Source: an uncultured Nitrososphaeraceae archaeon | GTDB lineage: Archaea; Thermoproteota; Nitrososphaeria; Nitrososphaerales; Nitrososphaeraceae | NCBI GenBank assembly: GCA_963837175.1 | Contig: CAWIMJ010000016.1 | Span: 1-64,000 of the forward strand | DNA length: 64,000 bases | Direction of reading: 5' to 3' | Shown: positions 34,683 through 45,660 of the stretch, piece by piece | Position numbering within the stretch: the stretch's first letter is position 1 | Layout of the letters: the number at the start of each line of letters is the position of its first letter | Program-made: the position numbers and the translations under genes | The notes under the pieces: generated by a model | Database searches by the model: none | What the model was told of the DNA's origin: nothing | The model's input: the letters and a program-made list of their open reading frames with translations, nothing else

Positions 34683-36128
34683 TTATTCTACATGATGTTC
34701 ATAAATTAATTGATCATAGAACCTAACAGACTTTATGTTTACAAATTCAAACATCCCATATCTTGATAATTCTCTACCAAATCCACTATTCTTTACTCCT
34801 CCAAATGGGACACGAGGATCTGAAATTACTACATTATTCACAGTAACCATTCCTGATTGAACCATTGACGATAACCTTTCTGCCTTGTCTAAATCTTGGG
34901 TCCATATACTTGCTCCAAGGCCAAATTTAGAATCATTTGCAATTCTAATAGCTTCTTTTTCCTCATCAACTGTAATTATTGGAGCAACAGGACCAAATAC
35001 TTCTTCCTGTGCTATTTCCATATGAAGTAATACATTCTTAAGGACAGTTGGACGGAAGAAGTAACCTTTATTTTTTATTCTTTCCCCTCCTGTAAGAAGT
35101 TCTGCTCCTTCCTTCACAGTTCTCTTTACAATACCTTCCATGTTTTCTAAGCTTTTAGCGTTAACAACAGGTCCAATATCTGTATCATCTGATAGAGGGT
35201 CTCCTACTTTGAGTTTTTCAGTCTTTTGTACGAATTTTTCGGTAAATTCGTTTGCTACCTTCTTTACAACAATAAATCTCTTGGATGCTATACAGCTTTG
35301 TCCACAATTAATAAATCTACCTTTGACAGCACCAGTAGATGTTTTTTCAATATCTGCATCTTCACATACTATAAAAGGATCACTTCCACCTAATTCCAAA
35401 ACTGTCTTCTTTATTTGCGAAGTAGCTCTCTGTGCTACTTTAGCACCTACTGGAACACTTCCAGTAAAGGTTACTGCGCTGATGCCATCTGAATCTATAA
35501 GTGTCTCAGCGGCACTAGAATCTGCAACGAGTGTTTGGAAAACTCCTTGTGGCACTCCAGCTTTATCAAATGTTTTTTCAATTTCTATTCCACATTGCAT
35601 TGTAGCACTTGCAGGTTTCAATACAATAGTATTACCAACCATTAAAGAAGGAGCAGCAAATCTTAGTCCCTGCCAGTAAGGAAAATTCCATGGCATTATA
35701 CTAGCAATTACCCCAAGAGGTTCAAATGTTATGATACTTTTTCTTGCATCTGTATTAACGACTTCACCAGTAGCAAATATCTTTCCATGATCTGCATAAT
35801 ATTCTATTGTCCATGCACATTTCTCAACCTCAGACCTTGATTCTTTTATTGCTTTTCCCATTTCCAATGTAGCGGTTTTGGCTAGGTTTTCTTTGTTTTT
35901 TCTAAGTTCTTTAGCAAATGCATAGAGGAAATCTACACGCTTATCAATATCTTCTTTCCATTCTAAGAATGCATTTTTTGATTTCTTTACCGTATCGTTC
36001 AGTTGCTCTTTGCTAATTATTGTATACTCGTTAAGAACCTCTTCTGTGGCTGGGTTGATTGTCTTTAATTTTTTATCTGTAATTGCTGTTGTAGGTGCTG
36101 ATAATGAGTCTTTTACGTCATCCTTCAT
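34683..36128 (-). CDS. NAD(P)-dependent aldehyde dehydrogenase (succinate-semialdehyde dehydrogenase-like)
   Basis: IMPWNFP, FTGS, LELGGSDP, NCGQSC, EEVFGP, PFGGVKNSG. Confidence 0.9.
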   Translation of the reverse strand: MKDDVKDSLSAPTTAITDKKLKTINPATEEVLNEYTIISKEQLNDTVKKSKNAFLEWKEDIDKRVDFLYAFAKELRKNKENLAKTATLEMGKAIKESRSEVEKCAWTIEYYADHGKIFATGEVVNTDARKSIITFEPLGVIASIMPWNFPYWQGLRFAAPSLMVGNTIVLKPASATMQCGIEIEKTFDKAGVPQGVFQTLVADSSAAETLIDSDGISAVTFTGSVPVGAKVAQRATSQIKKTVLELGGSDPFIVCEDADIEKTSTGAVKGRFINCGQSCIASKRFIVVKKVANEFTEKFVQKTEKLKVGDPLSDDTDIGPVVNAKSLENMEGIVKRTVKEGAELLTGGERIKNKGYFFRPTVLKNVLLHMEIAQEEVFGPVAPIITVDEEKEAIRIANDSKFGLGASIWTQDLDKAERLSSMVQSGMVTVNNVVISDPRVPFGGVKNSGFGRELSRYGMFEFVNIKSVRFYDQLIYEHHVE

Positions 36129-36541
36129 GGATTTATCACTCCTCTGCCCGTGATTTTCCCATCTTTTAGTTTAGAGAGTGCTTCTCTAGCTTGATCAAGC
36201 TTAAACCTTTCTGAAACAACAGGTTTAATTATTCCTCTCTTTGCCAATGATACAAGCTCTACCCTTTCATTTTTACTAAATCCTTCTACTTGTTCACCGA
36301 AACTATCCACAATACCTGCAATCTCGTTTCCTAGGGTAAGAGGATATTTTACACCTCTGTCTATAGTTTTTAATTGTTGCCCACCTATACCTTCATAATA
36401 ACCTTTCCATACGTGAACATCGCTATGACATACACCGGAAGATTGAATCTTGACTAGAACCTGTGTACCTTTTGATGTAGGCGTTTGAAGTTCTTGTATT
36501 TGTAGAGGTTCATTCAATTTAACGATTCTAGCAGCCTTCAT
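36125..36541 (-). pseudogene. Zn-alcohol dehydrogenase with a large in-frame internal deletion
   Basis: N-terminus with GVCHSD joined directly to the C-terminal ELVSLAKRG..GRGVINP; Rossmann domain missing. Confidence 0.8.
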
Positions 36542-36776
36542 GCCAAATCTTACTGATGAAATGTACTATTTACGTGATTCTAATTGAGGTCAAGATCAAA
36601 ATGTATATAAGAATTCCAGCCTCCCAGCTAACTATATTCTCATCTTTGAAAATTATTATTATAAGCAGTGATTAGTTTAGTTATTGCTATTATTACTACT
36701 ATTCAAATGTACGATGGTGTGCTGCTTTGACATGTGATCTAAGAAATCTGCCAGCGGTCCTTTGATTTCTTTAACG

Positions 36777-37154
36777 TTATGTTTGAACAATACCATTTCC
36801 TCCGCTGCCAACTGCAGATACTCCTTTTCCTTCCTTTCTGCAATAGATATTTACCTTCCATCTTTCATCATCAATCTTTGGAAAGTCAGATCTATAGTGA
36901 CCACCTCTACTCTCTTGTCTCATCAATGCACTTCTTATTATGGCCCCACAAGCAATAAGTGATGATTCCACCTGGCAAGTCAATACAATATTTTTCAGAA
37001 TTATTATTATCGAAATTTCGAACTCTTTTATATCAATATTATCTTTATTAGAATAAAACTCATTCTTTAATTCTAAAATTCTTTTCAATCCACTTTGAAG
37101 CCTTGTCTGTTCTCTCACTATTCCTGCGTGATGTAAAAACTCCGTCGATGCCAT
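36777..37154 (-). pseudogene. C-terminal fragment of a succinate dehydrogenase/fumarate reductase flavoprotein-family gene
   Basis: AGIVR, SALMRQESRGGHYRSDFP. Confidence 0.75.
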
Positions 37155-37180
37155 AGGCGTAGATAATGTTCACCTGTTGT

Positions 37181-38110
37181 CTAACGTGTGACTGCTGCAG
37201 TGGAAAATACCTCCGGATGCGCAGTTACATACTCTCGAACTCTCATGCTTGGTTTTCCGGTTAACTTCTGCACGTCCGATGTCAACCGATCGTAGCGATT
37301 TTCCGCGATGAGCTTAGCCATAGTGGAAACGTGGTGAAAAACGTATTGAGGTAAATTGAGTGGCAATAATTCTTCCTTCAGCCACTTGTCGTATGGCGTG
37401 TCCACATATTTCACTGGGCGATTTAGTGCGATCGCGTATTCTTTTGCCATCTCATTCATGTCTTCCGATCGAGGACCAGTCAGTTCATAGACCTTCCCTC
37501 GGTGACCGGTGGGATCTTCCAAAATTGTGGTAACGACCCTTGCCACATCGCTAGCGGAAATTGGTGAAGTTCGCGCCGAGCTAAATGGAAATTTAATTGT
37601 CCCATCTTTGGCAATTGATGAGGCCGCCATGCTAGAGAAGAAAGGTTCCAGGAAGATCGTCGACCTCACATGTGCTACAGGCACTCCAGACCAGTTAAGA
37701 ACTTGCTCGCCGAGCCAATGTTGTTGCTGCTGAGGTGATTCGGTCATTTCAGTTAGACTCATCTGCGAAACTGTCATTTGTGAGATGTTTACGAGAATCT
37801 CGAAGTCGGGGATTTCTTTTGCTGCGGCTGCTGCAATAGCCGTAGCCTGAAGATATGGTGACGAGATACTCATGCCAAAATACATCCGCTTGCAACCGCG
37901 CAATGCTCTTACTACATCAGCACTATTTGTGAGGTCGGCGACGACAAGTTCGGCTCCCATTTCGCTCAACACTTGAGATCGTTCGTCGAGGCGGTGTACA
38001 AGCGCTCTGACTTGAAGATCGCGCTCCCGAAGAAGTTTGACGACACCTCGCCCTACGGAACCAACATTTCCGGCGGCTCCAGTAACAAGGATGGGTGTGT
38101 TGTTTGACAT
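37181..38110 (-). CDS. NmrA-like NAD(P)-binding protein
   Basis: ILVTGAAGNVG, DVARV, VYELTGP; visibly GC-richer. Confidence 0.85.
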   Translation of the reverse strand: MSNNTPILVTGAAGNVGSVGRGVVKLLRERDLQVRALVHRLDERSQVLSEMGAELVVADLTNSADVVRALRGCKRMYFGMSISSPYLQATAIAAAAAKEIPDFEILVNISQMTVSQMSLTEMTESPQQQQHWLGEQVLNWSGVPVAHVRSTIFLEPFFSSMAASSIAKDGTIKFPFSSARTSPISASDVARVVTTILEDPTGHRGKVYELTGPRSEDMNEMAKEYAIALNRPVKYVDTPYDKWLKEELLPLNLPQYVFHHVSTMAKLIAENRYDRLTSDVQKLTGKPSMRVREYVTAHPEVFSTAAVTR

Positions 38111-38164
38111 GGCTATTCCTCTAATGTGATTAGATATAAATATGAAAAGAGGTAGTAAATGCTC

Positions 38165-38652
38165 AGTAATTCCTTCTTTTGTTCTTCAACTGGAAGAGAT
38201 TGAATGTCTGCCTGTTAGTCCTCTGTATTTTCCTGTTACATTTACTCCTCCTGAACCCTCGGTATCATCTGATAATACTGCCTTTGATACCTCATCGAGC
38301 CTAAGAGTCCGATAAGCAAATTTGAAGATTGTATTTGCACCGTTGGTTTACCAAAAACATTATGGAGATCAATATGTGTCTGACTTCTAATATATGGAAT
38401 ACCAGCAGTGTTAAAGTCGATTATAGAATCTAAATTGTTTGCCATACACCTGTTGTGTAATACCACAAGGTCTGAATCAACCCCATCTAGGTATTTTTGA
38501 GTGTCTTCATGATATTTGGAAACACCAGTGGAATACCATCCAATTCAAAAGTCATATTTCATTAGTTCCTGATTAATACTTACCAAAAGTTCACATTCTG
38601 TATTGTCAGAATTTGAAAAGTCTGATATGTGAAGGACTTTACTGTTTCCTTG
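38165..38652 (-). pseudogene. Family B DNA polymerase 3'-5' exonuclease-domain relic
   Basis: KVLHISDF..ELL..IGWYSTG..DSDLVVLHNRC..HIDLHNVF / YRTLRLDEVSKAVL..GKY, with a stop and frameshifts. Confidence 0.6.
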
Positions 38653-38653
38653 G

Positions 38654-39340
38654 TTATTCACAAAGGCAGTTGCTGTAAGCTATCCAGTCTTGTAACGCTT
38701 GATAAGCTTCTGGTGAAATGTATGTGCAATATTGCTCTTCCTCTCCTACATAAACTAAAATCTTTGCAGCTATAATCTCGCTATTGTTATATATAGGCTG
38801 TATATGACCCCATTCTAAGATAACCCCATGCCCCAAGTCTTATTCCAGAAGATACCATAGTATATACAATTAGCTTTATTCTTCTGTCTGGATATTCTAC
38901 AATTTTACGTATTTCTTCAAGAGTAGGGGCGCGATCATCTGCCCATTTTCTTCCTTTTGGAAGACCAGGTGTTATTTTCTTCCAAGAGATAAGGATGTCG
39001 TTCATTTCTGTGAAAAGCTTTATGGCTTTAAAGTAGTTGCGTATAGTTGGCCCTGTGATTTCCTTTTTATAGGCTCGTTCCTTCTGAACTTGGATGAAAC
39101 TCATAACACTCTAAATACCCAATCATTATCATCATTTCTTCTCTCAACAAAGATTCGACAGCGCTATTCTGTGGTAGTACCTTCAATTCCAATAAAGGAG
39201 AAAAAAAGATTGAGTCTTGTCGTGTATCTATCTCTTGTTACTGGAGAATTCAGTGCATATAAAAATAATATATAGGGATCTGACGACAACGATGAGGATG
39301 AGGATAACGATGACGCTTCTATCAATTGTTTTATTTTCAC
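38654..39340 (-). pseudogene. Tyrosine integrase (family 1), interrupted and C-terminally truncated
   Basis: DPYILFLYALNSPVTRDRY..TIRNYFKAIKLF..DDRAPTLEEI..SSGIR; has a stop and frameshifts; no HxxR/Tyr region. Confidence 0.8.
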
Positions 39341-39382
39341 CTTATTATTTGTGGAACCGATTAAAAAGAAGTGATATCACAA

Positions 39383-39430
39383 TGGGCTCAAGGGTGTGTG
39401 AATCAAATTTGACTCAAATGTTGGGCCCAA
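39383..39430. repeat. 48-bp site with tRNA-Ile-type core; attP-like junction
   Basis: TGGGCTC-AAGGGTG-TGTGAATC-AAATTTGACTC-AAATGTT-GGGCCCAA; left flank GAACC..TGATATC matches the flank at 52228..52255. Confidence 0.85.
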
Positions 39431-39743
39431 ATGTGCTATTAACTCTTGGCGGATGATGATTGTCGCATTAGCGTAGTATTTGAGCCAAGACCATTACAAT
39501 GTTTATATCTTAGCCCATAATCTATCTGTGTCCTCTCCATTATTGGTCTTGTGCAGCTATATTATGCAGTACGTCTTAGAGTGTTCGTAATGATGGTACT
39601 GTTTCTTCTCTTTTTCCCTGCTTGAAGCGACCATCAATGTGCTTAATATATGCCAAAATCAAGGTGTAGTCCTTAATATATTGCGGATAACCTATCATCA
39701 TCTCTTGATAATAATAGATCCAGATACTACGATTTAGCTCCTA

Positions 39744-40526
39744 TTACTTCTTACCACCAAATAACTCTGAGACTTCTCCAGTTACATTACCTAAAACACT
39801 AGCCGTTTTGTTTACAAACGTCTGTGCTGCTTCTCCTGTATTATTAATAATTGATTTACCAGTTTGAGAAACATTAGCTCCAGCAGCCTGTGAAGCATTA
39901 TTTGGTACATTTTCTTCTGTCATATTGGTTGCTTTTTTTGGAGAAGATGATGTTGAAGGTTGTGACGTTGTTGTCATCATTTCTGCTTTTGCCTGTCCTT
40001 TGACAGTTGCTATATCTCCTTGTCCCATTTGAGTGCCTATAAGTTCTATAACTCTATCATCTTTACCGAAGTTAATTTGCAATTCTCTTGCTGTTTTGTT
40101 ATTCGACATTTCTTGAAAGTTAGTAATTTGTTTTGCATTAATATTAACTACAAACATACCATCCTTACCACCTGCAATTTTATAGTCTGTTAGATTTCTT
40201 GGTAAGATAATCATTAATTTTCCATCTTTCGTTGGAGCAATAGTCACAATGAGCTTTGCTGACTCTTTCTGTGCAACAGTACTCACAAGTTTAGCAGCAT
40301 CATCATTTGTAATATTGTATTTTATTGGATACATAATACCATTTATGGTGACGTTAGCAGTTTGAAATGTTGTATCATTAAGGTCTTGCTGTTGTTCTTG
40401 ACGTGTGGGTGGTGAACCTTGACTATAGGCTAACTGAAAAGTGGAGAAAGATAACGATGATATCGCCGCTATAATAGATAAAATCAAGAGAATAGGTATC
40501 ATACCAATTACCATTGTTGTGGCCAC
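39744..40526 (-). CDS. Secreted thaumarchaeal surface-type protein
   Basis: Signal peptide; YPIKYNIT..DGKLMIILPRNL..RELQINF..IELIGT domain; many N-x-S/T sequons. Confidence 0.6.
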   Translation of the reverse strand: MATTMVIGMIPILLILSIIAAISSLSFSTFQLAYSQGSPPTRQEQQQDLNDTTFQTANVTINGIMYPIKYNITNDDAAKLVSTVAQKESAKLIVTIAPTKDGKLMIILPRNLTDYKIAGGKDGMFVVNINAKQITNFQEMSNNKTARELQINFGKDDRVIELIGTQMGQGDIATVKGQAKAEMMTTTSQPSTSSSPKKATNMTEENVPNNASQAAGANVSQTGKSIINNTGEAAQTFVNKTASVLGNVTGEVSELFGGKK

Positions 40527-40736
40527 ACTTGTTGTTTTAGTAGTATTTATTGAATAGGTACTGTCTTTTCTTATTATGATTGACGATTCTTATTCCTTTT
40601 GCTAGCACATATAACCTACTTTTCTAAAGTATTTCAGGCTTACAGTTTTCATTACCATTTATTAATTAATTATTACTTTTGAGAATATCAGCAATTTAAG
40701 CCGATAATTAGACCCAAAATGTGCTGTTAACACTCT

Positions 40737-40963
40737 TTATGTGTCCGATGATTGTGGAAGTAACGTAAGCATTTGAGCCAAGACCCATTGCAGCGTTTCT
40801 ATCTCAGTCCACAGACTTTCTAGATATACTTTATTAGGAGACGGATGCATCTCTCCCTCTTCTTCTTTTGTATTATTCTATTATGTATTATCTCTTGTAG
40901 TGACCTTAACGGGACTAGTGTTGATGATTGTATTGACGATGATAGTGGTGATGATTCATTCAT
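40737..40963 (-). pseudogene. Small helical protein relic; paralogous pieces at about 39440..39600 (3' part) and 42520..42650 (5' part and upstream)
   Basis: MNESSPLSS..LESLWTEIETLQWVLAQM across one frameshift; DNA similarity 39421..39525 vs 40709..40815 and 40915..41045 vs 42515..42650. Confidence 0.55.
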
Positions 40964-41096
40964 ACAGAGTTCGATAATCTGCAGTCACTTACGATGTAAA
41001 ATAAGGTTTGAAGCACTAAAGAGACAGCGAGGGAGAGAAAGAGGAGAAAAAAAAGTTAGAGTAAATACAGATATTCTAACTCAGCTCAAAGATGAG

Positions 41097-41963
41097 CTAC
41101 AAGTTAGTCTTCTTCTTATTTACGAGCAGCTTTTGCTTTTCTTTTGGAAAGAGTAGGTGACTTATTCCCTTCTCTTCTGGCTGACCGTAAAGATCTGGAT
41201 GTAGGTAATAACCTCTTTCCTTAGCAGGCTTATCTTCCTCAACCTCAATCCTGTTAGAATTAGCCCAAGGATCCTTTCGTATACCTGTTACCTGCCATGA
41301 GACTTTCATACCTGATGCGCCTCCTGCAATCTTGAAGCGACTGTTGTTGTTGTTGTTCTTGTTTTTGCTGCTGCTTTTACTACTACTGTACTTTGTATTA
41401 GTATTAGTATCCATATCAGATATTTCCTCTGCAATATAGAGATTCGGCCCAGGAGCTCCTATAGCGGTAAGCTGATAGCGAAAATCCTTATTGAGTATAC
41501 CAAACCAATCTGGAAGATCTATCTCTGCTTTACCCTTGTTGTCTAACGCAACCACACCATCATAGACGTTCTTCATATCTGGTGACTCTACAAAGGAGTG
41601 GCAGAGGTATTTGTTAGCTGGATCAAGTGGGTGGTCTACCTTAAATGAACCTCCAGCTTTTTCAAGATTACCGGTTATTTTCACTTTCCCGTTTAGGACG
41701 GCAGCATAGTCAAAACTGCTATTGCAATACAAACCAGCGCTGTTGCCGCTCATGCCAACCACACCAAAGCCGTCGCGGCTGCCGCCAAGCACACCACCGC
41801 CCTTCTGGCTAATGCCATTCACACCAGCGCCTTCACTGCTCTTGCCATACACACCATCACCAAAGCTATCACTTTCGCCATACACACCATTGCCAGCGCC
41901 TTTACTGCTCGTGCCAGACACACCGTAACCTACGCCATCGTCAACTCCATCTACGTGTGACAT
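41097..41963 (-). CDS. Gly-rich repeat (GVxGxS) fibre-like protein with a globular C-terminal domain
   Basis: Repeated GVYG/GVNG/GVLG units, then GSFKVDHPLDPANKYL.HSFVESP..FRYQLTAIG. Confidence 0.6.
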   Translation of the reverse strand: MSHVDGVDDGVGYGVSGTSSKGAGNGVYGESDSFGDGVYGKSSEGAGVNGISQKGGGVLGGSRDGFGVVGMSGNSAGLYCNSSFDYAAVLNGKVKITGNLEKAGGSFKVDHPLDPANKYLCHSFVESPDMKNVYDGVVALDNKGKAEIDLPDWFGILNKDFRYQLTAIGAPGPNLYIAEEISDMDTNTNTKYSSSKSSSKNKNNNNNSRFKIAGGASGMKVSWQVTGIRKDPWANSNRIEVEEDKPAKERGYYLHPDLYGQPEEKGISHLLFPKEKQKLLVNKKKTNL

Positions 41964-42123
41964 ATCAGTAGTCCTCCTCTCCCAATAATAAACAGGGTTC
42001 TATGAGCCATGCACATGATTGATGTATAAGATCATTTGTACTTTTCATAGGCCCTAGCTATGAAAATGGACTATATAATATCATAATTTAACTGAAAATG
42101 ACTACCTGCTCAGCAATGAGTTT

Positions 42124-42519
42124 AACATCTATGTAGACTCTACAAATCTAGAAATCTGGGCGTCACTTCACTCAAAAGTGAATTGGAGAAAGATAGGATG
42201 AGCAGTACCTTAAAGAGAGTATGGCACATTGCAAGAAACATGCTTAGTTAGACGCAGAAAATAGAATGATAGTGGTAGTAGCAGTACCATTCTCTACAGA
42301 AGATGCACACAGATGTTGCAGGCATGCTAAATCTTCGTTATAAGATGAAAGTGATTTGATAGCTGCTCACTCAGCTAGATTCCATAAATTGGTAAGAGCA
42401 GACTACAACTAACACCAGTAGCAAATGAATACACATTAGACAAAGAACAAAGATCATTTGACGATATACTTGATGCTTTTAGATTAGCTTTGATATTCTA
42501 CAAGAGGACTAAGGAGTAG
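42124..42519 (+). pseudogene. Terminase large subunit C-terminal nuclease-domain relic
   Basis: NIYVDSTNLEIW..MIVVVAVPFSTE..HAK..PVANEYTLDKEQRSFDDILDAFRLALIFYK across frameshifts; terminal DDxxDA motif. Confidence 0.6.
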
Positions 42520-42974
42520 TTGTTGATTGTGTTGTTGATGGTGATGATGATTATGGTTCATTCATTCAGAGTTCGATAATGTGCTGTTACTTATCATACA
42601 AAATAAGATTTGAAGCATCAACAAGACAGTGAGGGAGAGAGCTAGAGAGAGAAGTGATGCTGCTGCAAAGTTATGTTGACTATATATTTACTGAATATTG
42701 AACAGAAAAGTCTACTACAAAAGCTATAGCCTATGTAGACAACATAGATTGTACATGCTCCTACAAAGAAGGCGAATTGTTATCAAAGCAGTAGGTAATC
42801 AAATAGATATAGAAGACATTGTAGGTTCAAAATATGCTGCTATAACCTTCCATTCTATAGCCTGGATTAGCATATCTATCAACGTTACCATATACAGGAC
42901 TGATACACCAACACAGAGCTGTCAAAGTAGCCATTTCATAATTGCGACTAAACTAAGGAGCAGCATCGAGGCTT

Positions 42975-43340
42975 ATGATCATTATTGAAAGTTTGGCACC
43001 AACTGCAGCAACTCTAGGAGGTGTCTTCTTTTTAGGTGTTCTAATTGGATATGCCTTGAAGAAAGCAATCAAATTGGTAGCTGTAATATTCGGATTATTT
43101 CTAGCTGGATTAGCATACCTACAATCTCAACAGATAGTTAACATAAACTAGAATAAACTTCAACAAATGTCTGAAGGTACTATCATAACTCTTTCAAATG
43201 CAATAACACAGATTCCAGGTATTAGCAGTAGTGTCGATAGCAGCCATGCTCCAACAGCTTCAGTAGCAATGACAAACTTTGGTATTTCTCTCACAGGTAG
43301 TATGTCAGCTGGATTTAGAATTGGATTTATTAAAGGATGA
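42975..43340 (+). pseudogene. FUN14-like membrane protein, paralog of 9212..9573, with an internal stop
   Basis: GGVFFLGVLIGYALKKAIKL; AAC TAG where the paralog has AAC TGG; ends GFIKG*. Confidence 0.75.
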
Positions 43341-43557
43341 TAGAAAGAGAGTATGAAAGAAGTATTTCTTTACCAATAAACTAAGAAATATTTTATTAGT
43401 CTTAACCTAATCTAGTTAGTATCTTATCCAATGTTCTAGTAGATGGTATGCTACGAAGACAAACCAAACTCAACAAAGCCTTAGATAAAGTCTCTCGCTT
43501 GCCAGGTTGGCTATAATTTTCTTTTTATTCCATGGTTATTGATTATTATTATCATTG

Positions 43558-43941
43558 TTATTTTGCATCTATTATACTCTTTAGTCTTTCTATCAATATT
43601 ACGTTTTGGATTGGCTTTTGAATATAGCAATTATCATCTAATGCTGGAGATAGTTCCTTTCTAAACTGCTCATAATCCATTTCACCTGCTGTCAGAAAAC
43701 AGACCTTAACTTTGTCATCTATCTTCTTTATTTGCTCATACAATTCAAAGCCATTCATATTTGGCATTCTGATATCAAGAACTAAGAGCATATACTTATC
43801 AGCTTCTACTTTAACACTCTCCAATGCTAACAAAGGATCAGTAAAGGAATCGACTTGGAATCCACTTTCTTCTAAAACCATCTTTATCGCTAAATTCACA
43901 TCAGACTCATCGTCTACTATCATAACTCTCTTGTTTATCAT
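43558..43941 (-). CDS. Single-domain response regulator
   Basis: IVDDE, LDIRMPNMNG, FLTA, IQKP. Confidence 0.9.
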   Translation of the reverse strand: MINKRVMIVDDESDVNLAIKMVLEESGFQVDSFTDPLLALESVKVEADKYMLLVLDIRMPNMNGFELYEQIKKIDDKVKVCFLTAGEMDYEQFRKELSPALDDNCYIQKPIQNVILIERLKSIIDAK

Positions 43942-44306
43942 TGGTTAACCATCGTCTTTACATTAAGTCGTTGATCGATAATTGGCAGAGTAACGTAAAA
44001 GGTATCTCCTTTTTCTCTATGAGTATTAATATTATTATTCTCGACCCAATTCTTGCCACTATGGAATTCAATTATGATTTTAACAATAAACAACAATCCT
44101 AATCCATTAGCTTGATAAGACTTTGAATTAAACTTTGAGAATAGTTGTGGCAATATTTCAGAGTCTATACCAGTACCTGTATCGTTTACTTTAACAGCAG
44201 CATGAGAATGTTTCTTTTCTGTGATAATAGTCATTGTACCTTCTCCTCCTTCTTCTTTAGCAAATTTCACAACATTACTTAATGGATTAGATATAACTTG
44301 AATCAA
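43938..44306 (-). pseudogene. Histidine kinase HATPase_c fragment
   Basis: QVISNPLSNVVKF, DTGTGID, GLGL; no HisKA or sensor domain; degenerate boxes. Confidence 0.7.
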
Positions 44307-44750
44307 CCAACTTCAATCTACTTTTATAAATACATCTTCCTCAGATTGGAATAATAATATGTCATTACTAGGGTTAAACTTTGTTCTTTGTTAATCATCA
44401 TGATTATAAACTCTGAAGTTACTTAACTACTTAGGTAAAGCCGACTTGTGATATGTTGACATATTTGTATATAATATGCAATGTTTATCTTTTATCATAT
44501 TTCATTGCCTTCACAGCCTTCATCATCATTGGACATGAAAAAGTAAACAAGACAAACAATCTATTGCCTAGAAATGCTACAGACACTCGAGATTCTAGGA
44601 ATTGTGAGAGTGCGAAAGAATATAAAAGATATCTGCAAGTCAATTCCTCTTCAGCATGAGAATTGAGCAGTATTACACTATATAGCTGAGCAAAATCTAC
44701 TATAAGATATAGGATATATCTTTCTATATATTATGTAATAATTATTATGT

Positions 44751-45029
44751 ATGAAAAAAGTCCGCCAGCAGTCTGTAATAGTATTGACTGCAGCAGCAGC
44801 CATTCTCATTTGGATATCGATAGTAGCAATGATAATACCTCAAATAGTATTTGCAAATAAGGACGAAGGAAATCCATCTTCATCAACTGATGATTGCAAA
44901 TCTGATCAACTACCTGCAAGTATAGACGGAAAGATAAGATGTATGGGACAAGGAGAATGTTACTCAGAAGACTTTGAGATTGATGGAAAAGAAGTAAAAC
45001 ATTGTAACTTTATGATGAGTAACCAATAG
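44751..45029 (+). CDS. Small secreted protein with four Cys
   Basis: Hydrophobic signal segment and short acidic mature part. Confidence 0.5.
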   Translation: MKKVRQQSVIVLTAAAAILIWISIVAMIIPQIVFANKDEGNPSSSTDDCKSDQLPASIDGKIRCMGQGECYSEDFEIDGKEVKHCNFMMSNQ

Positions 45030-45660
45030 ATAGATAGATAGCTAGAATAAATAACATAAATATATTGCTCAGACTGTAAAATGAATTGATTACGAAGCTG
45101 TTGTTGGTTTTGAGCTTTCTCTTGTTGTCATTTAATCAGATAATTTCTCACTCATCATTTAACTTTGGTAAAGCGAATTTGTTGTTTTAGATATTGGAAC
45201 AAATTATATAACACCTGTTAGATTTTGCTTCCCATATACCTAGTCCTACAGATATTCCAGTTATGGCTATACCTATGATTAAGAGTAGTTTTTGTTTTGA
45301 TTTGATATTATCTAGTTGATTTTGCATCGTTATCTTTCTGAAGCCGTAATTTATAAGATTATTGATAATTATGCTTTGTTGCATAATTCGGAAAAACAGT
45401 CGTTTCTAGATGGTTTCAGGATCAACTATGAATAGCTCAGAAGTGATATCTGTCATTTGATTAAAGTTTTTCAAACTTATTGACTAATATCAGATTCATG
45501 CAACAAAGCAGATAATTATAATCTCTAAAATACAGATTCCATAGAATTAGACAATTTATCATGCAATTTCATCTATCAATAGGAATTATTGGTAATTATT
45601 CCCATGTTATGACAGCCTAAATCAACTATATTGTCAAGTCGAAAAGCATTCATTATTCTC

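Noticed and set aside
35140-35679. Long antisense ORFs (also 51389..51925, 45686..46030, 56262..56621 and similar)
   Set aside because: They are shadows of well-supported genes on the opposite strand
38165-38652. Casposon
   Set aside because: PolB relic only; no Cas1-like gene or terminal inverted repeats seen; the neighbour is a tyrosine integrase
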